Below, piece by piece: positions 49,650 to 60,460 of a stretch of DNA of 64,000 nucleotides; position 1 is the stretch's first letter; each line of letters starts with the position of its first letter. The notes beneath the pieces were generated by a model, which saw only the letters and a program-made list of their open reading frames with translations, had not been told where the DNA came from and ran no database searches. The stretch lies in assembly GCA_017654855.1 (NCBI GenBank), contig CM030336.1, positions 1,178,001 through 1,242,000 of the forward strand, read 5' to 3'. This DNA is from Podospora anserina (lineage: Eukaryota). The position numbers were made by a program, and so were the translations under genes.

Positions 49650-51317
49650 ATGACACTCCCGGCGCGCATTTCCCTCCCCGTCGCGCTCCGACCGGCCAGG
49701 GGTGCTCTGACGAACCCACGTGTTTGCGCAACTCCCAGCCGAACGCTCACATTTCCCGCCGCTCAGCCGCACTACGCTCGACGCTTCCACGTATCCACGA
49801 ATACCAAGCAGAGGCTCCGGTTGACAGGGAATCAGAGCCAATTGACGGGCCCCTATAATACTTCACCAACACTGAAGGCAACTGAGAATGACACGGCGCT
49901 GCGAAAAGAGGTGGAGGATTTGAAGGAGTTGGTTGCCAAGTTGCAGGAAGAGAGGGAACAACTTGTCGCGACAAAAGGAGGCATCCCCAACACGATCGAG
50001 CCCACTCTAGGAGAAAGAGAATGCATCAGCCAGGACGCCCCCTTGTTCAGCGACGCCAAGTTGGACGCACAATGGGTCAAGCTGATTCCTGCCCCCGAGG
50101 CCGAAGACACCAAGCTCATGATCCTCTCCCGTCTCTGGCTGCGCGATTCTTGTAACTGCCCCAAGTGCTTGGATCCAGATTCCGGCCAAAAGACCTTTTC
50201 CACCACCGACCTGCCCGAAGTCCCAGCCACAAGCCGCGACAACGTCCGCGTCCGTAACGACGGCTCCCTCGAGATCATCTGGGAAAACGACCCCATCAGC
50301 AACGGCGAGTCCCACCGCACCGTCCTCTCCGCCGGCGAGCTCAACCTCTTGTACCACAACAACAACCCCCGCATCCAGCTCCAACCACCCATCCCCCGAA
50401 CCCTCTGGGACAACGCCTCCTACACCGACCTAGTCCGCTCCGGGGCCTGTCACATCGACTACAACGACTGGCGCAACAACGATGAAGCCTTCTGGACTGC
50501 CTTTGAGCAATTCACCAAGACAGGGCTAATCTTCCTCAAGAACGTCCCACAAGAAGAACACTCCGTCATCAACATCGCCAACCGCATCGGTCCACTGCAG
50601 TACACCTTTTACGGCTGGACCTGGGACGTCAAGTCAAAACCACGCGCCGAGAACGTAGCTTACACCAACGTCTTTTTGGGTCTTCACCAAGACCTCATGT
50701 ACCACGATCCTATCCCCCGCTTGCAACTCCTCCACTGCCTAGCCAACAGTTGCGAAGGGGGCGAGTCCCTTTTCAGTGATGGCGTCCACGCCGCACTCCA
50801 ACTCTTAAACACCGACCCCGAGGCCTACGACATCCTGACCAAAACCGACGTTCACTTTGGCTACGACAAGGGAGGACACCACTACTACGCCACCCGCAAG
50901 ACGATAGAAGCAGATCCCAACACCGGCGCACCGTTCATCACCCACTGGGCGCCGCCGTTCCAAACGAGCTTTCCAGCCAAGGATAAGAACAACCGGTTGC
51001 GGAGGTGGAGGGACGCAGCGGAGAAGTTTCAGAGGTTGCTGGAAAAGGAGGAGAATATGTACGAGGTCAAGATGAAGCCAGGGGAGTGCGTAATCTTTGA
51101 CAACTCGAGGGTGCTGCACGGGAGGAGGGAGTTTGAGACTTCTACTGGGAGCAGGTGGCTGAAGGGGACGTATATTACACCGCAGGTGTACAGAGCCAAG
51201 GAGACAGAGTTGGTGAGGAGGTTAAACAAGGGGAAGCCATGGCCGGTAGACTCGACCGAGGAGAGGGGTAGGATTTGGCAGTTGGAGAGGGATATGGTGA
51301 AGCAGAGGAAGAAGTAG
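49650..51317 (+). CDS. Gamma-butyrobetaine/trimethyllysine dioxygenase-like Fe(II)/2-oxoglutarate enzyme (TauD fold), probably mitochondrial
   Basis: 555-aa ORF with WLRDSCNCPKC N-domain, NVAYT..LGLHQD, and FDNSRVLHGRR..RWLKGTY. The N-terminus is Arg-rich and acid-free. Confidence 0.9.
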   Translation: MTLPARISLPVALRPARGALTNPRVCATPSRTLTFPAAQPHYARRFHVSTNTKQRLRLTGNQSQLTGPYNTSPTLKATENDTALRKEVEDLKELVAKLQEEREQLVATKGGIPNTIEPTLGERECISQDAPLFSDAKLDAQWVKLIPAPEAEDTKLMILSRLWLRDSCNCPKCLDPDSGQKTFSTTDLPEVPATSRDNVRVRNDGSLEIIWENDPISNGESHRTVLSAGELNLLYHNNNPRIQLQPPIPRTLWDNASYTDLVRSGACHIDYNDWRNNDEAFWTAFEQFTKTGLIFLKNVPQEEHSVINIANRIGPLQYTFYGWTWDVKSKPRAENVAYTNVFLGLHQDLMYHDPIPRLQLLHCLANSCEGGESLFSDGVHAALQLLNTDPEAYDILTKTDVHFGYDKGGHHYYATRKTIEADPNTGAPFITHWAPPFQTSFPAKDKNNRLRRWRDAAEKFQRLLEKEENMYEVKMKPGECVIFDNSRVLHGRREFETSTGSRWLKGTYITPQVYRAKETELVRRLNKGKPWPVDSTEERGRIWQLERDMVKQRKK

Positions 51318-51533
51318 GACGTCTTGGACATCATGCCGTAGGGAAAATATGCATAGCGATTTTGGGCATCATCTTCACGTCACATGGCAACCGTTCAGTG
51401 TTTGTCGCCTGGGAATTCGTTCGTCAATTCAAGACTACCGCAGTCTCCTGTTTCAAGGAGGACCTCCCAGACATTTGTATTTTTTTGTTTCTTCCTCCAG
51501 CCGTAGGTTCTAGCTGTCCCCATTATACTGCAT

Positions 51534-51950
51534 TTAAGCAGCAATGGTAACCTCGACCTCGACACCAGCCTCGATGTTGATGATGATCTGCTTGACGACC
51601 TCGGTGGGGGCGGTCAAGTCGATGAGGCGCTTGTGGATGCGCATCTCGTAGAGATCCCAGGTCTTTGAACCCTCACCGCAAGGGGTCTTGCGGGTCATGA
51701 TCTTGAGGGTCTTGGTGGGGAGACGGACGGGGCCCTTGGCCTTGAGGTCCTTGGACTTGGCCTGTATTCGGGAGTTTTGTTAGAGACTGCTACGCAACCA
51801 AATGTCGATCCTGTGGAGGGTACGTACGCGCTCAAGGAGCTCAGAGCAGACCTTCTCGAGGGCCTGAACCTTGCGGGAAGACAGAGTGATTCTGATCTTG
51901 TGGACCTTGGGGGCCTCGCCGAACTCCTTCTCCTTGTTGTAGCCGGACAT
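51534..51950 (-). CDS. RPS20: 40S ribosomal protein S20 (uS10), 116 aa; exons 51950-51828, 51761-51534
   Basis: [35 protein letters not shown]...[41 protein letters not shown]...[10 protein letters not shown]. 66-nt GT-AG intron. Missed by the ORF track. Confidence 0.97.
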
Positions 51951-52037
51951 CTTGGCGGTGTTTGGTTTGGGTGGGTTGAGGTTGGCTATGGAAGAAAGGT
52001 TTGGTTGGAAGGTGCCCTCAAGACTCGAACGGCGGTG

Positions 52038-52133
52038 CTAGAGAGACGGGGAAAAAGAAGGTTAGTGGGAATGCTCCTGCGAAAAAGGAATATCTTTCTG
52101 CCGAGTAGACAGGGAGAAGGCGAGAGAACATAC
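52038..52133 (-). other. Probable 5'-UTR intron of RPS20
   Basis: GTATGT donor, CTAAC branch, pyrimidine tract and TAG acceptor on the minus strand. Confidence 0.6.
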
Positions 52134-52685
52134 CGTTTCGGTAACGTGATGAAGGCGATTACGGCTGGATTGGCGATGCGGAAGAGAAAACTTCACGAGC
52201 TTTTCTTTTTGACGGGAATTTTGGGTAATTTTGGTGGATTGAGCTCTGGTGGGGGTTGCAGGGCACGCACGGGCCAGTTTGCGACTGTGGCTGGTGATTG
52301 CTGGGACGGAAGTGGCTAGTGCTGCCAGCTCGGTTATGGTGGGGCCATCCGTGGCTTGCCCCTCGGTCAATGACACATTCGGCGTCTGGGTGGTTGAGCT
52401 TTGGAGGGGCAATTGCTGTTTGTAAGGGGCGTAGACAGCGACATTAAGTTGGATGCATAAATAGAAGGTCGCTGGACGGTCTTTGGATGAGCATTGGACG
52501 ACATCACAATCTCTGAGTTTCTCATTGCTTCCAAGAACCTGAGTTGTTGCTGGAAGTCACCTTGCCTGTTTGGCTTTTGGCATCAAGCCTTCTCTCACCT
52601 TCAACTCTTGGCACACACTTCCCTGTCACCCTCACTTAGACTAGGACACTTCCATATTCAGCTTCTGCAACGACCGACCCCAAAA

Positions 52686-54668
52686 ATGGCCTCACGACTT
52701 CCAGCTTTTGCACTCTTTCCTCTCACCGCTTGGCGTGACCAGCTACCGGTTGATGAGTGGGCTGCTTGTCTCGATGCCTGGGTAGCGCTCATTGATAGCC
52801 ACTTGTCCCTTTCAGATGCCGACTTCAACTCAGTTTCAGTTAAAGATGAGAGTTTACCAAGCTTCCTGACATCTTTTACACGGGAAACGGCACAAAATGG
52901 AGTTGGGATTCTTGGGCCATCGCCTGCAGCTAAGAGACTCCTCAGGGGCACCTATCAGCTCATCACGAAACTGCTTCAGTCATCAGCACCACCAAGCAGC
53001 TTGACGCAATGGGATTTCTTGTCGGATGTTAGCACGGTGTATGGAAAGAAGAAAACCACTATCCTTCTTGATACTCTATCGGAAGCTTCAGGGTCTTATC
53101 TGGAAACATCACTCGCCGGTCTGAAAAAGTTCCTCATCAAGAATCTCGATGCCGGCCTAAGTGGCGGGGACCTCAACGGCATCCAATCCCGCCTCGAACA
53201 AGTCAACAACCTCATCCACGCCTCCCCATTTGTGGCCGAGTATTTCCTCGCAGGAAGTGACTTCCTCGACGGTCTCATATCCTGCTATAAGATTACCAAC
53301 CCACCGCTCCGCCGCTCACTCATCTCAACCCTTTACGTCTGCCTCATCGGCCTCGCCGACGCCCAAAAAGTCGGCCCCCTAACCGACCACCTCTATTCCC
53401 TCAAATCCGCCGCCGACACTCACAAATCCGGCCCTTTGAACGTGAACGACTCCCTCGTCGCCGAGTTGGTCACCTCCACCCCTTTACTCACACAACTCTC
53501 CCGGAAGCTCGATCCCAATGTCTCAACCCGCACCACAACCGTCCTCTCCTCCCTCGCCGCCTTCAAAAAGCCCACCTCCTCCACTTTGTTCCCCCCCAAA
53601 CCAAAACGCCTCATCAAGCGCAAAATCGACAAAGGCAAATCCCTCGCCTTACCCGAAGGCCAACACCAAGAAATCCACATCCATCGGCTATCCTCCATCT
53701 CCCAAGTCCAGGACCTCTTCCCAGAACTCGGCTCAGGTTTCATCTCCAAACTCCTAGACGAGTACCACGACTCAACAGAACAAGTCATCGCCCACCTCCT
53801 CGACGACTCCCTTCCCCCCCACCTCGCCTCCCTCGACCGCTCAGAGGATTTATCTCCCGTCAAACCCCCCACTATCCGCCGACACTCCTCCCTCATCCCC
53901 CGCCCCACCCCCCCCATCTCCCCCCCTCTCCCCCCTGCCCGAGACGACGATGACGACGACCTCGCCCTCCTAACCGGCACCCTCCACCTCGGCAAAAAAC
54001 CCGGTACCGCCGACTCCCTCCTGAGAGATAAATCCACCGCCCCCGCCAAAGCAGCCATCCTCTCCGCCCTCGCCGCCTTCGACTCAGACGACGACGAACG
54101 CGACGACACCTACGACGCCGCAGACGTAGGGGGGACCGTGGACACCTCCCTCGGGGACGAGATCCTCCCCGACGGGGCGGAGGCGCACCTCTTCCGTACT
54201 TACCAGGCCAACCCCAAGCTCTTCGCCCGGGACAAGGAATCGAGGCAGCACGCCGAGAGGATCAGGCTCAGGGCCGAGACGGGCATGAGCGATGAGCAGG
54301 TTGAGGGGTGGGCGGTGATGCTGCAGCGGGATGTGAACCTGCAGAAGAGGCTGCAGAAAAGGTATGGCGAGTGGAGTGGTGAGCAGGTTGAGATCCAGAG
54401 GACGGGGTGGGTTGCGGGAGAGGATGATACGGATGGTGATGGGCCTTCGAGAGGAGGTGGGTTTAGGGGCGGTAGGGGACGTGGTGGAAACAGGGGAAGA
54501 GGTGGACGTGGTGGTGGTGGAAGGGGTGGTGCTCAGCAATCTGGAGAGTCGGGACCCCAAGATGATGCCGCCAGACGGAGAAAAGAAGCCAACAAGGGCA
54601 GCCGAGCCAACCACAACAGACGTGATCAACGGGCGAAAAAGATGGCCAGGGGTGGTTTTGCTGGTTAA
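52686..54668 (+). CDS. CUE3: CUE-domain protein, Cue3/Rqt3 (ASCC2) homolog, 660 aa
   Basis: Start context CAAAAATGG. CUE motif ISQVQDLFPELGSGFISKLLDEY....EQVIAHLL, then DSDDDERDDTYD, an RGG tract, and C-terminal KGSRANHNRRDQRAKKMARG typical of ASCC2/Cue3. Confidence 0.85.
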   Translation: MASRLPAFALFPLTAWRDQLPVDEWAACLDAWVALIDSHLSLSDADFNSVSVKDESLPSFLTSFTRETAQNGVGILGPSPAAKRLLRGTYQLITKLLQSSAPPSSLTQWDFLSDVSTVYGKKKTTILLDTLSEASGSYLETSLAGLKKFLIKNLDAGLSGGDLNGIQSRLEQVNNLIHASPFVAEYFLAGSDFLDGLISCYKITNPPLRRSLISTLYVCLIGLADAQKVGPLTDHLYSLKSAADTHKSGPLNVNDSLVAELVTSTPLLTQLSRKLDPNVSTRTTTVLSSLAAFKKPTSSTLFPPKPKRLIKRKIDKGKSLALPEGQHQEIHIHRLSSISQVQDLFPELGSGFISKLLDEYHDSTEQVIAHLLDDSLPPHLASLDRSEDLSPVKPPTIRRHSSLIPRPTPPISPPLPPARDDDDDDLALLTGTLHLGKKPGTADSLLRDKSTAPAKAAILSALAAFDSDDDERDDTYDAADVGGTVDTSLGDEILPDGAEAHLFRTYQANPKLFARDKESRQHAERIRLRAETGMSDEQVEGWAVMLQRDVNLQKRLQKRYGEWSGEQVEIQRTGWVAGEDDTDGDGPSRGGGFRGGRGRGGNRGRGGRGGGGRGGAQQSGESGPQDDAARRRKEANKGSRANHNRRDQRAKKMARGGFAG

Positions 54669-54831
54669 GACACCTTGTCAACGAACATCAGTTGGCAATC
54701 AATATCGTTTAAACAGTTGCATTTTTTGCGCTAGTGTAGAAAGAAAAGAAGCTATATACAACTCCCCCATAACGCCCCCAACCATGCCGTTTTGTCTCCA
54801 TTGATTATACAACCCTATGCCATCCTTCGCT

Positions 54832-56878
54832 TTAGAAATCCCAAACACAAAACTCCCTCTTTGGCGGTACCTCCGGCATGATCCCGTTCTCAAACCTTCC
54901 CGTCTCTACAAACATCATCCATTGACGTTGCACCGTTGGATCATTGTACTTTTCTGGCTCGGCCTCCGTCTCAGCCGTGTAATTCGGCGCACCATTCGGA
55001 TTCCAAATCTTCTGAATCGACCCGTCAAACCCCCTGATAACCGGAATAGGCTTCTCCCCCTGGCTTTTGACCACTTCATACATGACGGGTCTGCCTTTGA
55101 ACATCCCAAGGGTGTTGTCGGGGTTCTTTGAGGCATATGACGACAAAGGGGGATGGCTGCGAGTGGCGCCAGGGCCATATGGTCCCCCCCCTTGCTGCGG
55201 AGTAGGCTGAGGGGCCGTAGCGGTGGTTCCGCCAAAGGGGCTGGGTGCTGGTGCAGTAGCGGGCTGGCCAAACGCACTCGGGGCAGCAGTCGTGGCGGCA
55301 GGAGCTCCGAATGGCGAGGGAGTAGCCGTTGGAGCGGTGGGTGCTCCAAATGGTGAGGGAGCAGCCGCCGCGGGAGCTGGCTGTCCGAAAGGGTTGGCGG
55401 CAGGGGCTGCTGGTTGCCCGAACGGAGAGGGTGTGTTTTGTGCTGGCTGAGAAGCTGCCCCGAAGGGGTTCGATGCTGGAGCCGCTGCTGGAGCTCCGAA
55501 TGGACTTGGGGTTGCGGCGGGCTGGCCAAAGCCATTGGCAGCAGGGGGTGCCGGTGCCCCAAAAGGTGATGGGTTTTGCGCTGGCTGCCCAAATGGATTG
55601 GGATTCTGTTGGGCGGTGTTCGCGGCGGCAGTGGCAGCAGCAAATGGGCTTGGCGTGGCGCCCAAAGCAGCTGGTTGACCAAAAGCGCTCGGTGCCGGTG
55701 TTGTCTGCCCAAATCCTGACTGACCAAATGCCGGTGCTGCGGCTTGGCCAAAGACCTTATTGCCACCCCCTAGGGCGCTGGGCTGGCCAAAACCGCTTGA
55801 TGCTGGCTTCCCAAAAGGATTGCTTGCTCCCAGGGCGGCTGGCTTCCCAAAGGCCGACGGTGCAGCTGGTTGCCCAAAGGGTGATGGGGTAGCGGCTGGT
55901 TGGGCTGGCTGTCCAAAGGCTGGCGCACCGAATGGGTTGGGCTTCTGACCCAACGCAGCTGGCTGACCAAAACCTCCAGCAGCGGGTTGAGCGGTAGCAC
56001 CGAAGGGATTCGAGGCAGGCTGTGAGCTCTGGAAAGCATTTGGCGCTGGCTGTCCGAACGTTGTTCCAGTGTTGCCCGCTGTTCCTTGTTTGCATATGTC
56101 GTGACGATTTGGATGTCTGTTGATCCCGTCACGAACGTGCTGGATAGCGGCGGGTACGTTGCTCAGCGTGTGTTCGATTTGTTGTCGTGCTACTTGATGC
56201 AGTTGCATAATCTCGTTCATCTGCCCATCGTGTTAACAAATGATTCTCCCAGCGTCCATTTTCCTGATCTCTGTCGACTTACGGCTGCTTCTGCCTCCCC
56301 CGCTGCCTGACCTTTCATGAAATGTATCCTGAGCTCCTCTGGTTGCTGCTCACGGGGGTAGCCGCCGAACAGGTTGTCTGGCGCATCTTTGCCCGGGCCG
56401 TAGCAGGAGAATATCCATTGTGGTAGTTCGTTCTGAAGGTCTTTTCGAATCGTTTCCTCGTTCAGGCCGGCGTACTCGGGTTGATCTACAAATCCCATTT
56501 GTTAGATGAGCCTCAGAGATGTTCTCTGGCAAGTTAACATCCATACCTGACTGTTTAGACCCCCCAAATGCGCCCTGCTGTCCTCCAGAAAGGGCGCTGA
56601 ATCTGTTCCCACCGCCGCCAAACGGTGACTGAGACGAACCCCCGTCTCTTGGATGCTCAAACCTGCAGTTATCTAGAAATTGCGCCAACAAAAAAAGGTT
56701 AGCGCGACTGCTTCATGGGAAACTGTTCGTGACGACGATCGAGAGTGAATTCGGCAGTGGTGCTTGCGAGGGAAAGCGATTGTGGTGAGGCGATCGTCGT
56801 CAAAGAAAAAGAGAGGCAGTGATTCGTCCTACTTCCAAAGCGGCAGTTTCCCTGCTGAAAGTATTTGCAAACTGTCAT
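54832..56878 (-). CDS. AMO1: CCCH zinc-finger FG-repeat nucleoporin (Amo1/Nup42/NUPL2-like), 587 aa; exons 56878-56833, 56672-56547, 56485-56283, 56220-54832
   Basis: The spliced N-terminus gives CKYFQQGNCRFGNNCRFEH (C-x7-C-x5-C-x3-H). Also PQWIFSCYGP, many PFG/AFG repeats and C-terminal F..G.MPEVPPKREFC. The three introns keep frame. Confidence 0.88.
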
Positions 56879-57310
56879 GATGCCGGTTGTTTCAGGGTGT
56901 AGGATACTATTGCTGTACCATGACGTGGTTGTGTCGTTTTGTCGTGGGTTGTTGGTCGCAACTGACTTGCTCTTCTCAAAAACGCGTTTGGTAGAGAGAG
57001 CGGCGCGGTGGCATGAATTCTCAGCCTTCCCGCAGCCTTGCAGCTTGGCGAAGGTTGGAGCCACCCAAGACTGGATGTGGATGTGGCTGGTGCTGTCCAT
57101 CGAATCCACATCCCGCAGCGCACTGGCCAAGCCTGTGGGTCAACCCCGGCTTTCCACAGAATGCCGGTGCATGCCGAGCTATGAATCTACATACAAACAT
57201 GTTCGCCGGAATCAAGAGCTCAATCGCATATGCATTTCGGGTTCGATATCCTTAGGAAATTGTATTTCAGACATCTACCGAGGGTTTTTGAAAGCTTTAA
57301 GCGGTATTGC

Positions 57311-57333
57311 AAAAAAAAAAAAAAAAAAAAAAA
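57311..57333 (+). repeat. Poly(A)23 tract in the divergent AMO1/P450 intergenic region
   Basis: Seen directly. Confidence 0.9.
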
Positions 57334-58092
57334 GGGTACATGAGGGCAATCATCCTGCCACAAAGTCTGCCCAGTAGTCAAACGATGAGGCGGACTCAAC
57401 CTCTTTTTATCATCTCTGTTTCCCCGGATTCCATCTGACGTTGCATCACTGTTCCACAGTCCAGGATGTCCAAAACTCTCAAGACTGTCCTCCTCCAATA
57501 ATCGATGGTGCAAAGCAGGTTGTAAATCCCAAAGAGCCGCTCACCCACGGCCGAGCCTCCTTCTCAGGGCCGTCCACCCTTTCCGCTCCTTGTTCCGCAC
57601 ATCTAGAATTCGATCGGGACCATCGGAACGATCAGAAGACATGGGTTCAAATTCCACAAAAGGAATGTCGACATCATCATGCAGAGCAACCCATCGACCC
57701 GATAAGCTGATAAGACCTCTTGTCACTGCTTTGAGCCGCCGCAAGCCGAACTGGTCCCCCCTGATGTAAGGAAACGGACGGACGTGAACCTTCGGACTAA
57801 GCAACCCCCAAGCCCGTCTATTCGAGCAGCTTCCGCCATGACTGTCCGGGGCCGTCTATCCCATCTCCTACGAGCAAATCACGAGGCGGCACAAGAGCAA
57901 CCTGGTTGGAGCTGTCTCTTATGCCGGTGTGCCAGACTGTCACGGGTGTCGACCCCGTTGCGTAATCCTGACCGAGTGCTGTTTCTTACAAATGTGCCCT
58001 CTGTTTCCCATTTTCATTTGCTATCCTCTGTGCTATCCTGACCCAACTTGACCTGCATTGATTGTCTGCCTGTCAGTTGTCCGTTGACGACC

Positions 58093-59737
58093 ATGGCGTT
58101 TGGCGCAGCACATGTCCAGCTTTGGCTGGGGCTATTAGCAGTAGCTGGCCTTCTTTACGTGAGTACCTACCTTAGTGAACGGATCAATCACCATAATCAA
58201 GTTTCTAACCACCTTCAAGACATCATGTCTTGTCATCTACCGCGTCTTCTTCCACCCATTAGCGAAATACCCAGGTCCCCTCCTGGCCAAGCTCACCGAT
58301 GCCTACATGCTCTACTACGCCTGGCGAGGCGACCGCCATCTTGAGTTCTGGCGCATGCACGAGAAGTATGGCAAATTCGTCCGCTTCGGTCCCAACGCCC
58401 TCAGTGCAAACTCAAACACCGCCCTCAAGGAGATCTACGGCTTCCGCGCCAACGTCAGGAAGGCCGAGTTCTACGATGCCTTCGTCCACCCCGCTCCCAA
58501 CACCCACAACGCCCGCGACAGGGACCTCCACGCTCGCAAGCGCCGTGTTCTGTCGCATGCCTTCTCCGATGGCGCCATCAAAGAGGTAGAGCGCTACATC
58601 CTGGCCAACATCCGCACTTTCTGCGAGGCCATCGGCGACTATGGCCGTGCCATCCAGGATAATAAGGGATGGAGTGCGCCGAAGAACATGTCCGACTGGT
58701 GCAACTGGCTGGCCATGGATATCCTCGGTGATCTATGCTTCGGCAAGGCTTTCCACATGTTGGATAGGCCAGACAACAGGTACGCTGTTGATCTCGTCGG
58801 TGTAGCTGCCCAGAGACATCTCCTGTGCGGCACTATGCCCATTGTCAACAAGCTCTCTCTCGATAAGATCCTCTTCCACAAGATCGCTGCTGGTCGCGCC
58901 AAATATATGGCTTATTCGCGCCAGCAACTGACCGAGCGCACTGCTCTTGGTGATGAGACCGACCGCCGCGACTTTTTCTACCATCTCCTCAAGGCGCGCG
59001 ACCCGGAAACTGGACAGGGCTTCACCACCCCCGAGTTGTGGGGCGAGTCCAACTTGCTGATCATTGCCGGCTCTGACACCACCTCTACCGCTATGGCTGC
59101 CACTCTGTTCTATCTCGTCCGCAACCCTGCCGCGTTGGCGAAGGTCACAGATGAGATCAGAGAGAAGTTCTCGTCTCTGGAGGATATCCAACTGGGTCCC
59201 GTTCTCAACTCTTGCCACTACCTCCGCGCTTGCATCGATGAGGCTATGCGCTTGTCGCCTAGTGTTGGTGGTCTGTTGCCCAGAGAGGTCTTGGCCGGCG
59301 GTATGACGATCGACGGCGAGATGGTACCTGAGGGAACGATTGTCGGAACACCACACTATACCATCCACCACAATGCCAACTACTACCCCGAGCCGTTTGC
59401 CTACAAGCCAGAGAGATGGATTGCTTCTCCAGGTAGCGAGAAGGAGGCCGGTGTTAGGGAACAGGAGGTAGCATTGGCTCAGAGCGCGTTCTGTCCATTT
59501 TCGATTGGACCAAGAGGGTGCATCGGGAAGGGCCTGGCGTATGTTGAGATGAGCATCACCCTCGCGAGAGTGCTGTATATGTATGACCTTCGCCGGGCGG
59601 TTGGTGTTGAGGATCCAGGAGAGGGCAAGCCCGGAGCGGAGATGGGCAGGGAGAAGCCGAGTGAGTTCCAGTTGGTCGACACATTTACCAGCTTGAAGAA
59701 TGGGTGTATGGTCGAGTTTAGGAGGAGGGACCTGTAA
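58093..59737 (+). CDS. Cytochrome P450 monooxygenase, 527 aa (benzoate 4-monooxygenase/CYP548-like); exons 58093-58158, 58220-59737
   Basis: N-terminal anchor, HPLAKYPGP, I-helix AGSDTTS, EAMR (ExxR), PERW and heme motif FSIGPRGCIG. Intron GTGAGT..CTAAC..AAG. The family assignment is from memory and less certain than the P450 call. Confidence 0.93.
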
Positions 59738-60460
59738 GATTGTTGTTGTTGCATCTTGAAAGGGTGGCCGGCGTTGAATGGGAGCCTATCTATAACGCAT
59801 AGCACTGTTGTTTACGCATTCTCAAAATAGTTGGAAATTGAACCGCCTCAAACAACACGATATCCATCTCATTAATGAGATTCGTGGAGAAATTGGAGAT
59901 TTTGGGAGTTTGCTCCTGCGGGGAACTGTTGTGGGGAAGTGGGTCTGGTTAAGTGGACCCCGGTCTCGGCAAAAGAAGGGTGCCCGGCTTAATTTCAACG
60001 TCACCCTCTTCCACCACCCATAAGACTGCTATGACACAGGCACCTTTCATTGGGGTTATCTTCAAGTCATCTCAACGTTGATCACCCACAGGGCATGCGG
60101 GGATACCGGAGCCGGCAGTCATAAAATGTCACCCAGGACAGGAACCACGTCGTATATCGGACCAGCTCCTGCGGGAAACGCTCGAATCAGCGTTGTGGTG
60201 GTGATGATGGTGAGATCACGAGACCCTGAAACGTGCTTGTCTACGACAGTGGGAGTTATTCAAGGGAAACTGTCCGGGTCGCAGGGACGTTGTGGTATGG
60301 TATAGGACATCATCGTATCAACCGCTCAATATGTAACACAATTTATCGAGGTTCTTCTGCTCCGTTGGAGAAGCCATGAGTTCATCTGATAAATGCTGCA
60401 TTGCCCCAATCATGTGTAACGACCACAGAAACCCTCGTCTCCTCACACGTTGGAGTCATC

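Noticed and set aside
51777-52412. 180-aa (+) and 116-aa (-) ORFs over RPS20 and its promoter
   Set aside because: Antisense or UTR shadows with non-ATG starts and no recognisable motifs.
52494-52685. 64-aa N-terminal extension of CUE3 in the ORF track
   Set aside because: TTG start; the ATG at 52686 has a much better context.
54832-56878. AMO1 (linked to heterochromatin tethering in fission yeast) lying ~10 kb from the repeat block
   Set aside because: The protein acts in trans; nothing in the sequence suggests the location matters.
57643-57656. GGGTTCAAATTCC, resembling a tRNA T-loop/B-box
   Set aside because: No cloverleaf stems or A-box around it.
58175-58219. ORF-track start of the P450
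   Set aside because: Lies inside the intron 58159-58219; the real start is 58093.
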